DNA of 64,000 bases, taken from the NCBI RefSeq assembly GCF_009914755.1, contig NC_060926.1. One strand, given 5' to 3'. Below are positions 1 to 16,559 of the stretch, piece after piece (position 1 is the first letter of the stretch; every line of letters starts with the position of its first letter). The notes under the pieces were generated by a model. It saw nothing but the letters and a program-made list of their open reading frames with translations, searched no databases and was not told the origin of the DNA. The translations under genes were made by a program, and so were the position numbers. The stretch comes from the human T2T-CHM13v2.0 reference genome, Homo sapiens.

Positions 1-1125
1 CACATGGATTAAAAACTGCAGATAAATTAAGTCACAATAATATCCTGTACATGCATTAAGGCTGGTGACTGCTAAAGTCTCTTGGGAATCTACAAATAGG
101 AAATCACACGCAGATTACTGGGTCTGAAGAGTGTCTACATTGTTAAAAAAATCTTGCTTTTTTTTTTTTTTGGTGATGCAGATTTCAACAGTAACTCTGG
201 AAAACTGTGAAAAATGTTATTTAAAAATATATATGTATATGCTACTGCACAGTTTCAAAGATGTGATTCATAAATAATGTTGGCTGCACTGATTAATTTT
301 ATAACAATTACTGCACTTCCAAGTTGATGCGAACACGCAGTGACTCATACTCAATATTAGGCACTAGTAATATCCTTCAGGCGTACTACAGTTTTATGTT
401 AGCTGTATTGTACATATATATTTTTAAATGTATGCATTTATACAAACTGTGTATATTATGTATGGGGTGTCAGAAATGTACACATCACTGTTATATAATA
501 CACACATCATTGTTGTACATATGAGGATAAGTTTTAGTGCAGAAAGTCTCATTGCATTGCATTCCATGTGTTCAATCTAGTACACAATTTGTCAACTCTT
601 CAGATTATTTTTCCAGTACATTCCTCATTAGATTGTGGGTTTCAAGTTTCCATTTGCAATTTGAATGTTTCCAGAAATCTCTGTCTTAACCAAACCTCTC
701 TCTCCAGGCACGATTCTGCACATGAGTCTGATCTGTGTAGAGTAGTATCATCAAAAATGCCAAATTTTGATCAGGAATATACCTGGACTACTCTCTTTCA
801 AAGGCAATTGAACATCGTGATAAAGGATAGCATCTATTCAGGTCATGGAAGGATATGGTCAGTTGAACTTGTGTTGAACTTTGGAGGCAAATGTACGTCT
901 TCAAATAAAAAGACATGGTAATAAAAATTATTTGCTTAAATTTGAGAGTCTCTGGAAGGATATACATCAAACTGTGAGCAGTGGTTGTCTCAGGCAGAAG
1001 GGACAACCAGGGACTTACACTTTCTACTTTCTACATTTCTGCACTGTTTGAGTTTTTACAATGAGTAGATATTACTTTTCTAATTAGAAAACACAAGAAA
1101 GGTATTTCAACTTGAAACAAAACTA

Positions 1126-1512
<387 letters not shown>

Positions 1513-1957
1513 TCACCCATGCCAAACCCCACAGAAACTGCTGTACCAACGTGCTCCACACGTGCTCCACAGATGAAACAAGACAGTCATAAGAACTACA
1601 CGCTCTGACCACTGCCCACAACGGTAAGTTTCAAGAAGTTTTCCTGGGAAATGTGGGCCATCAGAGTGCTGATAAAACACTGCTGGCCCACCTGTCAAAT
1701 GGGGCTTCACAGGGAAGCTCATCACATAGATGTTACAACAAAGTCTGCAACTTTCAAGGTGGGCAGGACCAGAGAAGCTCTCCAGGTATGCAGGATAGAC
1801 CTCCAGGGCCATCCCTTTATGTGTTTGAATATTTCATCAGGATTCTTTAAGAGTAGGTAGAACAAAGCCTCAGTCCTCCAAAAAAATGACTCAAAATTTC
1901 TTAAGTTAGGTTCAAGTTTCTGACATAGGATGGGATTGTGAACTCTGCCAAAAATTA

Positions 1958-2308
<351 letters not shown>

Positions 2309-3784
2309 TTAATATTTCCAAATGCTTGAAGGCCAAAGCCAAATGCAAATTCCACAAGCCCTTCTTATTTTCAATTAATTTCAAATCATCTAAGTTGTTC
2401 AGTCATTTATACAATTTTGAATCAGTGCTCAGAGCTAAGGAATTATGATGATCTTACTTCCCACCTACAGATCAGGCTAACAAAAATGTTAACACTGCAA
2501 ACCAACCTGTAAGAATATCAGTGAATGTTTATGGATCAGCATCTAGTCTAAGTATTTTGTGCCGTCATCACCTTGAAAAAATGGATTGCACCACATATTA
2601 CACCGCCTGCCTTTCTCAGACCGTCCTGGTGCAACTTTATCAAGTAAGAGGCCACAAGGACATTATTTTTGTTTTTAACGTGTGGCAAGATAGACCCTCT
2701 TTTTCAGGAGTTATTTTCTTTTCGTCAAGATTTCATATCCAAATATATTTAACAAGATGACTAAATCTAGGGCATAAGACACTACAAAAGAAAAAACATC
2801 AGACAAAAACTGTAAACAAGATGTCAAAGAAACTAAAATGTAAACTTAATTAAAAAAAGAAAACAAGAGAAAAACTCAGAGCAAGGTGTAAACATACCAG
2901 ACACACAGGACACAGGAAGAGGCTCTGGTTGCTGCTGCCCCAGAAAGGAACTGTGATCTTCTGCATTGCAAGCAGCCTGCTAATCAAAGCCTGAAAAATC
3001 GCCCCCAAATCAAAACGCATCAAAGGGCTGCAGGTGCACATTCTGCATGAGGAGTGAGAGAATCAGCATTATCATGGCAAATAGCTCTCAGCCTGGTAAG
3101 CGAAGGATTCAGGCTCCTACTGAAGGGACAATCTAGGTAATGGCCTCATTTAGCCAAGAAAATCTGTAAGAAAGCTATTGGTGGAAAGAAAAGACTTGAA
3201 ACAGATTGGCTGACAAATGCCATGTGGCTCTACAGCCACCGAGTCACAGTGGCAGGAAGAAGAAATGCATGTGGCTGGTGGGCTTGTTATCACAGGTGCA
3301 GAAAACTTCAACTCCTAACTGAGCTCCAACACACAGGCACTGCTACCTTAGTGTCTGTTAACTTTCAAAGACGCCGCGTTTTTGCTAAATCTCAGTGCCA
3401 TTTGCATACTACTTGGAGGTGGGGCTGGGAAGGGCTGTGAGTGTCCATCTGTTTGCCTGGAATGCATTTAGTTGATAATAGAGTCAGATGGGGGAAGGGA
3501 ATTAGAGGAAGAGCAGGGTATTTGGTAACATGCAATCTAGTAAACTTCCGGCACAAAAATACCTGGCTTATTTTCATTATTCAATTACCCATTAATACAT
3601 ACCAATCAAAAAATAATTGGGGAATAGTATATTAATACTGAAAGTAATCAACAGTATAAGAGCAGGTCCATCTTCACTGGCAGTCAAGCTTTTGGTGTGC
3701 TGTATTGCACCTGGTTAACTAACCCATGAGATTTTGGTTGAATTTTCTAAGAAGTCACGGTTTAGCACTGGAATGGAATAGAAA

Positions 3785-3814
3785 GTGTGTGTCTGTGATT
3801 GTGTGTGAGTGTAC

Positions 3815-3845
<31 letters not shown>
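3785..3845 (+). repeat. (TG)n microsatellite in the 3' UTR ((CA)n in the mRNA)
   Basis: Interrupted TG run followed by a pure TG run. Confidence 0.95.
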
Positions 3846-3850
<5 letters not shown>

Positions 3851-4135
3851 CTCTAGTCAGAAACCTCTGATCACTTTGTCTAGCCTGGGATTATGGAAAC
3901 TAGACAAAGAAGGTGTGTTCTGAAGAGCTGTGTATCTTACACACATACACAGGCGGCTTCTTATATACCCACACATACAAACACACATGCCCTGCAAAAG
4001 ATCATTGTTCAATGCTGAGGAAATGTTCACCGCAGTCTGATAAATGCTGTGGCTGGGAGTTTCAGTAGCACAGTGTCCAAAAACGTTGAGCCATCTGTGG
4101 AGACCAGAGCCCACTCTGGCCCCAGGGTGAGGTCC

Positions 4136-4387
<252 letters not shown>

Positions 4388-4759
4388 TTAGCATTCCTTT
4401 GAACAAAATAAAATCCAAGGATGGGGAACTCATCCTATATCCAAATAAATAAATACATGATATCTGCCATTTCTAACTCAAATGAATAGTATTTGCTTAG
4501 CCAAATAGCAAAGAAAATCCATATCCTCCAGCTGCATTCTCCTAGTCCAGTAATGCTTCCCACTCCTGAACGTGAACGTGGCTCTGTCGTCCCTCACCCT
4601 GTACTCAATTCTGGTATGCGCTGAGCCCCTGGAGTGAGTCCAAGGGGTGAGGCTCCAGGTTCCTGGGGGCAAATCAGAGATGGGTCACGAGACATCTGGA
4701 CTGAAGTCACCTTCTAGCTTTTGAACATTCCCTAGGTTTGCCCTTTCACCAAATGTTTA

Positions 4760-5161
<402 letters not shown>

Positions 5162-5589
5162 TTAGTGGCTGATAGAGGAAAACACATTCATATGGCTACT
5201 CTACTGTCATGGCTGGTCACTGCATACATTTCTTGGGAGTAAGCATCTGGGAGAAGTGTCTCAAAGGTCCTCACATACATGCTGAATGAAGACTTGCTGG
5301 GGCAGGGATGGGGAGGTGGCTAGGAGGTTGGCCAGGGCAGGGATCCAGGGGTAGAACAGAGGAGGAGGAGCAGGTAGGGGTAGGGGAACAATGCCAAGTC
5401 TGCACTGGACACTTGGCACTGAGCCCTCTGGTAGGAGACATCTAGCAGGCAGCTGGCAGTGCCATCTGGAGCTTGGCCTGCTCACAGTCTCCCAAACTGG
5501 ACACGTGTATTTCTATACATTTGTCCTTTCTGTTTTGTCCACTGGTGACACCCACCCCACCTATTTCAGTCACTCAACTGCTAAGCGCT

Positions 5590-5862
5590 TTTCTTTTCTT
5601 TATTTTTTCCTTGAGATGGAGTCTCGCTCTGTCGCCCAGGCTGGAGTGCAATGGTGCGATCTTGGCTGTCTGCAACCACTGCCCGCCTTCCAGGTTCAAG
5701 CGATTCTCCTGCCTCAGCCCCCTGAGTAGCTGGGATTACAGGCGAGCACCACCACACCCGGCTAATGTTTGTATTTTCAGTAGAGACGGGGTTTCTCCAT
5801 GTTGGCCAGCCTGGTTTCAAACTCCTGACCTCAGGCGATCCACTCACCTCAGCCTCCCAAAA
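5590..5862 (-). mobile_element. Alu, 5'-truncated
   Basis: TSD ctaag(c/t)gcttttc. Confidence 0.93.
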
Positions 5863-6292
5863 TCTAAGTGCTTTTCAAAGCCCTGTTCCATGGTTCCATG
5901 CCAGCTCCTCTAGCAAGCTCCTCCTGGTGGCTTCTGACCCCCATGGCATTCTCATTGGACTTTCTCTGGGCTGCATGTTATGTACTATGTGGTTTTATTT
6001 ACAATCTCATGCACTCTGCCATACATTCCTTATCTCATCCTGAACATCTTGCTCTTTGGAGCTATCATGCTCCCATGCTATCATGGGAACATAGTTTGCA
6101 TTTCATGGAGTGAACTCAGATTTGCACTCTTACCTGCTGCTGTAGGGCCAATAGTAAATTAGTATAATCTTTCAGGAGAAGAGTTAACAGCATATGTTGA
6201 TATATATAACAATATATATCTTAAGAGAATCTGTATCTGTTGACCCCCAAATTTTATTCCACAACTCCCTCCTAAGAAAATAATCAGAAATA

Positions 6293-6626
<334 letters not shown>

Positions 6627-6895
6627 TAACCAGAAATATGAACAATGACTTATGTAGGGATATTTACACCAACATTATTTGTCACAGTGGAAAAAAATTG
6701 GAAGGAACTTAAATGTCTAACAACAGGGGAATGGTTTGAGAAATCAGGATACTTTGTGACTGTATAATCAATGTACTAGGATATTATTATAGAACCACCA
6801 TAAAGGGTGTTTTTGAACTAGTTAGTGACATGAGAAAATGCCTGATATAATGTCAAATGAAGAAAGGATATACAACTGTGTGAGTATCCCAGCTA

Positions 6896-7312
<417 letters not shown>

Positions 7313-7344
7313 TTACGGCATTGACTTTGGAAAAGCGAACTTAC

Positions 7345-7394
7345 TTTCCACTGGCCCCCCACGGAGATGGGGCTTGGGCGGCTTTAGATGAGTT
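7345..7394 (-). CDS. AFF3: AFF3 exon (NSSKAAQAPSPWGASGK)
   Basis: ttttcttgcag|AAC acceptor and AA|gtaagt donor; 50 nt; followed by a 148-nt intron. Confidence 0.94.
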
Positions 7395-8829
7395 CTGCAA
7401 GAAAATAAAAACACTGACAGTGAGTGCCATCTGCGTGAGGTGAAACAGGTGACATGAACGTGTTTTCAGGTGACTGCAGAGAGAAGCAAAGGCAGACACT
7501 GCAGGAAAAAGGCACCTTCAGAGAAACTGGACCTGGGAAGTCTCCATCACAGTTCTCTGTTCCCTTTCTGGAAGGGAGTCGGGACAGCTGCCTGGACTTC
7601 GGAAGTTTAACAGTATTTCTCTTAAAGGGAGTTGCTCTTGAACATTCCTAAGAGAATATATTTAAATGTATTTCCCTAGCAGACAGGATACTCAAAAGTT
7701 CTAGTTTATCTGAATATTCTGATTTAGAAGTTATTTTGCATGGACAAGGTGCCTGCATCAGCCCTCAGTGAGGTAAGTGAAGGGCTTCACCCACAGCCTG
7801 GGTTTTTATGTACAAATTTTAGGTACCACATTAAGTCATAATCCCAACGGTCTGTTAAATCTTGAAGCAGCCTTACTTTTTCATTGTAAATTAATTTTTC
7901 TTAAAAGGAAAAAAGAGCAGGAACACCCTCATATCTCCCCTTATATACAATACTTTATATTTAAAAGTAGGACATGTTTGCAGAAACAGTCGACATACAT
8001 TTACTTAGTGCCTGAAAATACATGACATCAGATTGTATTGTTTTAACTTAGGAAGTTTAAAAGTATTTCTTCTTAAAGTAAGTTGCTGTTGCATATTCCT
8101 AATAGAATTGATTAAAATATATTTCCAGAACAGACAGGATGTTCAAACATTCTGGTTTATCTGAATATTCTGGTTTAGGAAGTTCTGTTGCACAAGCCAG
8201 GTGCTTGCATCAGATATTTAAAAGTTTTGCCTCTAGTTAGGGAAGTTGCTCAATGCACAGTTAGATTTCCCCTCTGAGAACCCAATCATGCCTTCATAGG
8301 ACTGTTAAGGGAGAAAGCGGTCTTTGTGATGCTGATGGGAGTTTTCCCCTTCCAGAGACAAGAAAACAGCCTCAGCCTGGTTCTCCAGAGACAACATGTT
8401 TCTTTTGGTTAGAAAGAACTTTATGGAGTGGTGACTGATTTTTCTGGTTTTAGTGCGGGTGTTATTAAAATGGCAAGAAATGGCCTGTCAGAACTCTGAG
8501 GTGCTACAATGGCAAGATGTAAATGTAAGGACAACACCGCAAACCATGCCACTTTTACCTGTGTCAGGAAATACAATTATTTTCATGAGGAGAATTAGGA
8601 AACCTTCCTGAACAGGGGAGCTTATCCTCCCTTTCTTGACACAATGTTACTGACACCTTTCTCAAGCTGGTGCTACTGGACTGATCACTTTGTTTCCACT
8701 TCATCCTGTGGTTCTGAGAACGTGATCTATAGAATGCATGTTCTGGATATAAGAACACTAATGGCAGAAGGGGAGAAAGGCTTGGGGGTTGCAGAAACAG
8801 TCCAGTAAAGGCTACTGAATGGAGGAAGA

Positions 8830-9590
<761 letters not shown>

Positions 9591-9611
9591 GTCCTTGAAA
9601 CTTTGTATCCA

Positions 9612-9870
9612 AGTTTCAGTTATCAGGAATAAGTTCTGGAGATCTATTGTATGGGATGGTGACTACAATTAATAATGATATATAGTATACTTGAAAATCT
9701 CTAAAAGAATCGATTTTAAATGTTCCCATCACAAAAACGGTAAGTATGTGAGGTGATGGATATGTTAATTAGCTTGGTTTAATCATTCCACAATGTATAA
9801 ATATATCAAAACATCACATTATACATAAGTACACGCAATTTGTTGTTGATTAATTAAAAAAATTTTAAAA
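9612..9870 (+). mobile_element. L1MA-type 3' end fragment
   Basis: ggaataagttctggagatctattgt...tgaggtgatggatatgttaattagct...atatatcaaaacatcacatt is typical of L1MA 3' UTR. Confidence 0.8.
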
Positions 9871-9909
9871 ATAGCTTTTGATGAAGGGTAAATGACATTA
9901 ATTCCTTGA

Positions 9910-10131
<222 letters not shown>

Positions 10132-10879
10132 TAGTGGGCTGCAGAGAATATTAAGAACTTGTATCCCTTAAAAGTTTGTTGTAGCCCCTGGCGGCTTACA
10201 GAATTCAGCTTCCTTCTTTATTCAAGCATTTTCCTTGACTGTAATAATTCTCTTTAGTAGTAGATCTTACGTTCTGGATTTTTGAACACTATTGATGTTG
10301 ACTTTAGGCACCTGAAGGAAAGGGAAGGCTCAGTGCTGGTTCTTGTCCTGAAGACACAGGACGGTCAATGGGCTGAGAAAGTGATGTCCATGGCCTAGCA
10401 CCTGGTTACTCTACATGCACAATTGGAAGGCAGTGTGCTGAACATACCCCAGGAACCCCCAGCACAGCCTGGCCATTAGAGATCACCTCTAGAGGAGGTT
10501 GGGCATGAACAGATCTCAAATGATGGTTGTGTATCTGACAAAGGGCTGTTGGAGATAGAGACGGCATAATTTCTAGTTTCTATAGATAAACAGAGAAGAG
10601 GACCAGAAATCTCAAATTAATTATTAATGTAAGGTCGACCTCACAACAGTACATCAGCGAAGGCTTTTAAAAATTTATTCTCCCAGTGAAAATAATTTCA
10701 TTCCCTGAGATAAGTAAAAGGTGGCATGGTTTGCAATTTTATCCCTATAGCTACACACTGCTATCTACTGCTTCTGAGTTCTAACAAGCCATCTCTTACC
10801 ATTTTAAATAACGCCATTAAAAATTAAATAAGCTACTAGAGACTGGCTAAGAGGGAATGGCTCTAAGGGGTTACTTCTA

Positions 10880-11518
<639 letters not shown>

Positions 11519-11536
11519 TCATTCACTAGACAGTAC

Positions 11537-11630
11537 CTTGAAATAGTCGATTAGTGCTTTTGAATACTTTACAGCGTGGTCCCTTTTGAGTCGAAACATC
11601 CGCCAGTACAGGAGGGCCAGGCATCGGTAA
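11537..11630 (-). CDS. AFF3: AFF3 CHD exon ([31 protein letters not shown])
   Basis: tttcgcctgcag|T acceptor and AAG|gtactg donor; 94 nt. Confidence 0.96.
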
Positions 11631-11894
11631 CTGCAGGCGAAAAGAGAAACAGGCCCAGAAGCGGCTGAGTGCGTCGTGCGCAAACAAGACTTAAACATTT
11701 TTGTTGTTGTTCTAAGGTACTCAATAACAATACCTTGTTTCTACATAGGAAATCTTTCTATACGTGCATATAATGTCTGTGAGGGAACATCTTTTGTCCA
11801 AAAATAGAATTCAAAATTCCAAGAAGGTATTCCATAAATACATTTATCACTAGATAATTTTACAGCATTAGGTGAATCACTCTGTTGGGTCACA

Positions 11895-12035
11895 GGGGCC
11901 GGCCGCTTCCTTCTTCCACCACGAGAGGGCGCTGTCTCTCCACGAGAGGCGCGAGGTAGCTCTAGTACGCAGCCTTCACTGCTTCGCGGGCGAGCCCCGC
12001 TCTGCGGAAAGGACGACGCTGCCACCTGATGTTAC
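11895..12035. promoter_or_regulatory. Small CpG-rich intronic element with CTCF-like motifs
   Basis: CCACGAGAGGGCGC at 11919-11932 (+), related CCACGAGAGGCGCG at 11940-11953, and ACATCAGGTGGCAGC on the minus strand at 12018-12032. Confidence 0.6.
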
Positions 12036-12079
12036 TGAACTATAAGCAGCTCCACTAAAGTCACAAACATGAATGTACT

Positions 12080-12163
12080 TTATAAACAACAAAAACACTA
12101 TGCTGGGAATAGGTGCCATCATTATAAACAACAAAAACACTATGCTGGGAATAGGTGCCATCA
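12080..12163 (+). repeat. Perfect 42-bp tandem duplication
   Basis: ttataaacaacaaaaacactatgctgggaataggtgccatca occurs twice back to back. Confidence 0.97.
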
Positions 12164-12639
12164 TTTTATTATTTCCTATAATATTTTGTATACTTATTTA
12201 TATATCAGTATTCTATCTTATATAATCATATTATTGTCATTTAGTGTATTATTCCAATATGGGACTTAAAGTTTGAAAGGGGCACAAAAGGCGTTTCTGA
12301 GACTTATCCTCTCTTCCTTGGAGCTCTTCACTCAGTTATTTGCTAACTCGGATCTGATGCTGACATCCAGAATACCAACATTCTGGGTGCAATGGCACCA
12401 TCTCCTCCTACCAACCAAATCCAGGACAGGTAACAATTTGAGACCTTTTTTGTGTCTGTTGCTGTTATTATTATTTTTTAATTCAACTGTCTTTATTTCA
12501 CTGCTTGGTAGACATGTATTCTATCAACATTCTCTGCCTTCCACCTACTGATGAGTAAGAAAGGGCTGACAGGTAAAGGAACTATAGGTTACCCGATCGT
12601 TCCCTTTTTTCTGTGGCATCATTTTCAAAGTAAGCGGCT

Positions 12640-12825
12640 GCGCCGGGTGCGATGGCTCACGCCTGTAATCCCAGCACTCTGGGAGGCTGAGGCAGGCAGA
12701 TCACTTGAGGTCAGGAGTTCAAGACCAGCCTGACCAACATGGTGAAACCCCATCTCTACTAAAAATACAAAAATTAGGCCGGGCACAGTGGCTCATGCCT
12801 GTAATCCCAGCACTTTGGTAGGCCT
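12640..12825 (+). mobile_element. Alu left arm followed by a second Alu head fragment
   Basis: Left arm plus linker, then ggccgggcacagtggctcatgcctgtaatcccagcactttgg, then truncated. Confidence 0.85.
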
Positions 12826-13026
12826 GTCGATTTTCAATCACTGTGAATTCAGATCATGTATAGTACGGCAGCAAAAAATGGTCTGGACTTTCCCTGGTCA
12901 TTAGAACTGCTCTGGGGCTTTGTATGTTAGAAGACATTGGGCAAACACTATGCCTTTCAGCACCTGGTTTGCCAATGATGGCATGCGAGGCTGGGGCTGC
13001 TATTCTAAGCGGAGATGGGCACTCAC

Positions 13027-13098
13027 CATAATGCAGCCAGTTGTTTGTCTTCTGGTGTGGCATTGGGGCCTGAGTGGGTTTTTAGTCTCATAGCATAC
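13027..13098 (-). CDS. AFF3: AFF3 CHD exon ([24 protein letters not shown])
   Basis: ctttttctaag|G acceptor and TG|gtgagt donor; 72 nt. Confidence 0.95.
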
Positions 13099-13744
13099 CT
13101 TAGAAAAAGCGGGGAGGAGGAATAGAATAAAAAACATAAAAAGCAAAGAAATAGTAAAACTAGCTTTTTTATTAACAGAACTTCTATGATGGTAGTTCTC
13201 CCTGCCTGATCCTTAGCTTTTCATAGTACTTGCTGATAATTCTTTCTTAAAAGCTAGCTGGTGCTGCTCCATTTTCCCAAGTATTACATTACTGTGATGA
13301 CTAGAACAGCTACTTTCTGCTCTTTAACAGTACAAGTTCAAATGCTACAGATTGTCGGGAGTGATACCAGTTCAAGAACTATTCATGTATATGCTAACAT
13401 GTCCATTTTTCCACATTTTGATTTATGGCTGAGTGTCTGACAGATGGAGGTGAAGTTCTATCCTTCTGTGCTTACCTCCAGAAGAATTTCCATCCTGGGT
13501 ATGCAGAGGAATGCTTAGATTTACCCCTCTTTCTTTGTTATGTAACTTTTACTTTGACAGCTACATAAGTGTCCTGAGTACATTTTTAATCTCTGTTTGC
13601 TTCTACAGACAGATACTACGAGAAACTAGTGGCTTTTATGGACTGCACTTAATTCCATTTATTTTTCTGAACCAAGGGGACTGTGGCCATTGCTTTCTCC
13701 CAACAACATACCAAATTACATATGCAGACTCTTTGAGAGAGCTG

Positions 13745-13965
13745 AGGCAGTATGTGTAATGATCAGATTGTCCTAGGTTCAAATCTCAGCTCAGCGACTT
13801 ATAAGTTGTAAGTGCTTAGACAAATGTATTAACATCTTTAAGCCTCCATTTCCTTATCTATAAAATAAGACTAATACTGCCAATCACATAACATTGTGTT
13901 AAGAATTAACTAAGATAGCGTTTGTAAAGCTCTTGGGATAGTTGGCTGGCTTGTAAATTGCTCAA
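13745..13965 (+). mobile_element. MIR
   Basis: ggttcaaatctcagctc...agcctccatttccttatctataaaata resembles the MIR core. Confidence 0.7.
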
Positions 13966-14029
13966 GAAACATACTGTTATCATCGCACTATCTCCTCAAC
14001 ATGCAGACTTGTAGCATTTTTCAGTGTTA

Positions 14030-15450
14030 TCTCTTTGCATAATTTTTACAGCGGTTGCTCTGGATTTTACAATATACATGTAATTTATTGGTATCAACAT
14101 TTTATCACTTTGGGATAGTATGGAAGTCTTACTTCAATTTAGATACCTTTACCTTCCCCACTTAAAAATAGCATTGTCTTGAGTATCAGATGGTGGTATA
14201 ATTTTTTATTGTTTTGTTTTGTAGCAGTGGGGTCTTACTATGTTGTCTGGGCTGGTTTCAAACTCCTGGCCTCAAGCTATCCTCCCAGCTTGGCCTCCTA
14301 AAGTGCTGTAATTACAGATGTGAGCCACTGTGCCTGGACTGCTGGTATAATTTTTGTTTCAATCCTCAAACCTGGTTTATAAACTCATAAGGAGTAGTTT
14401 ATTGTATATATATCTATGTGTCTGTTCTTCCTTCTTTCCCAATGCTCCCATATTCCTTCTTTTGTCATTTTATTTCTGTTTGAGAAACTTCTTTTAGCCA
14501 GTCTTTAAGGGTGGGTCTTTTAGAGACACATACTTGTACTTTTCCTAAATCTGAGGCTATCTTTATTTCCCTTCATTCTTGAAGAATAGTTTCACTGACT
14601 CTAGAATTCATGGCTTCACAGTTCCTTCTTTGAACCCTTGGAAACTGTCACGCCACTCCCTCCCAGCCTGCATGGTTTCAGAGAAGCCTGCTGTCATTCG
14701 AATTGATTCTCCCCTGCAGATAATTATCGTTTCTCCCTGGCTGCTTTCAGGATATTTGGCCTTTAGTTTTTGGAAATGTAATCATGGTGTGTTTTTGCAT
14801 GCATTTCTTTGGGTTTATCTTATTTAGGTTTTTCTCTGCTTCTTAAATCTGTAGGTTTATGTCTTTTGACAAATTTGGCAAGTTTCAGCCATTATTTCTT
14901 CAAATACTCTCTCAGTCCTACTCTCTATTCCTCTCCTCTGAGACTTCCATGACACAAATGTTGGATTTTTTCTTATTGTGCTTGAGGCTGTGTTCATTTA
15001 ATTTTTTCAGTCTATTTCTTCTTTACTGCTCAGATTGGGTAAATTATATTTTTTGTCCTCAAGTTCATTGACTCTCTCCTGTCATCTCCACTCTACTACT
15101 GAGTCCATTTTTGGGGTTTATATTATCAAATTCTACAGTTTCACAATTTCCATTTAGTTCTTTTTAAAATAACTTCCATTTCTTTGAAAAGATTTTCTGG
15201 TTTTGTTTGTTGAGTGATAACTGTGATTATTGAAGCATTTTTACGATGGCTGCTTTAAAAATCCTTGTCAGATAATTGCAGCAACTGATTCATCTTTGCA
15301 TTGAGGTCTTCTGATCATCTTTTTTCATGCCAGTGGTGACTGTCCTAGTTCTTGGTATGATGAGTGAGTTCCTATGGTATCCTGGACATTTTGACCATTA
15401 GGTTAGGAGACTCTTGAGTCCTATTTTAAACCCAGCCACCCTGTTTAGGT
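14030..15450 (-). mobile_element. Ancient L1M-type fragment, interrupted by an Alu monomer (~14205-14340, TSD tggtataattttt)
   Basis: T-rich L1-like sequence; shares blocks with 63370-64000. Confidence 0.7.
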
Positions 15451-15841
15451 CTAGCAGGAAGGCCCTAGCCTACTTTGGGGGCTGTGGTTCCAATGATAAT
15501 TTAATTTTCAGAGCCTTTCTGATACTATTTTAGTCTGTGTGGTTGATCTGGTGCCACCGGGGCTTCAGCTCATCCCTGATGGTACTGCCTGCGGAGAGTG
15601 GAAGGGTGGGAGGAGAGGGTCACCAGGCTGAGCTCGTGTGGTGGCAGTGCTCCACTGACCCACGCCTGCTTGGCCATCTGGAGTTCCCTGGTGAAGGGAA
15701 TTCTGCCCGTAGGGACAAAGTGTACATCCTGGGCTAGGTCATCTTGGTGGTGAGAACCCCTTGCCAGCGCTCCAGGCCCTTCAGTGTCTCAGTAGGGGAG
15801 AGGAGGGTCAGGCAGGGTGGGCAATGTGCGGATGTAATTAA

Positions 15842-16150
<309 letters not shown>

Positions 16151-16190
16151 AAATTAATGCTATTTTCTAATGTAGGTTGAAAAAAGAGCT

Positions 16191-16559
<369 letters not shown>

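Noticed and set aside
12080-12163. CRISPR-like or array-like system at the 42-bp repeat
   Set aside because: Only two adjacent units, no spacers, and a eukaryotic intron context.
14800-15290. Similarity to 63420-63960 suggesting a segmental duplication
   Set aside because: Better explained as two independent, diverged copies of the same ancient L1M segment.
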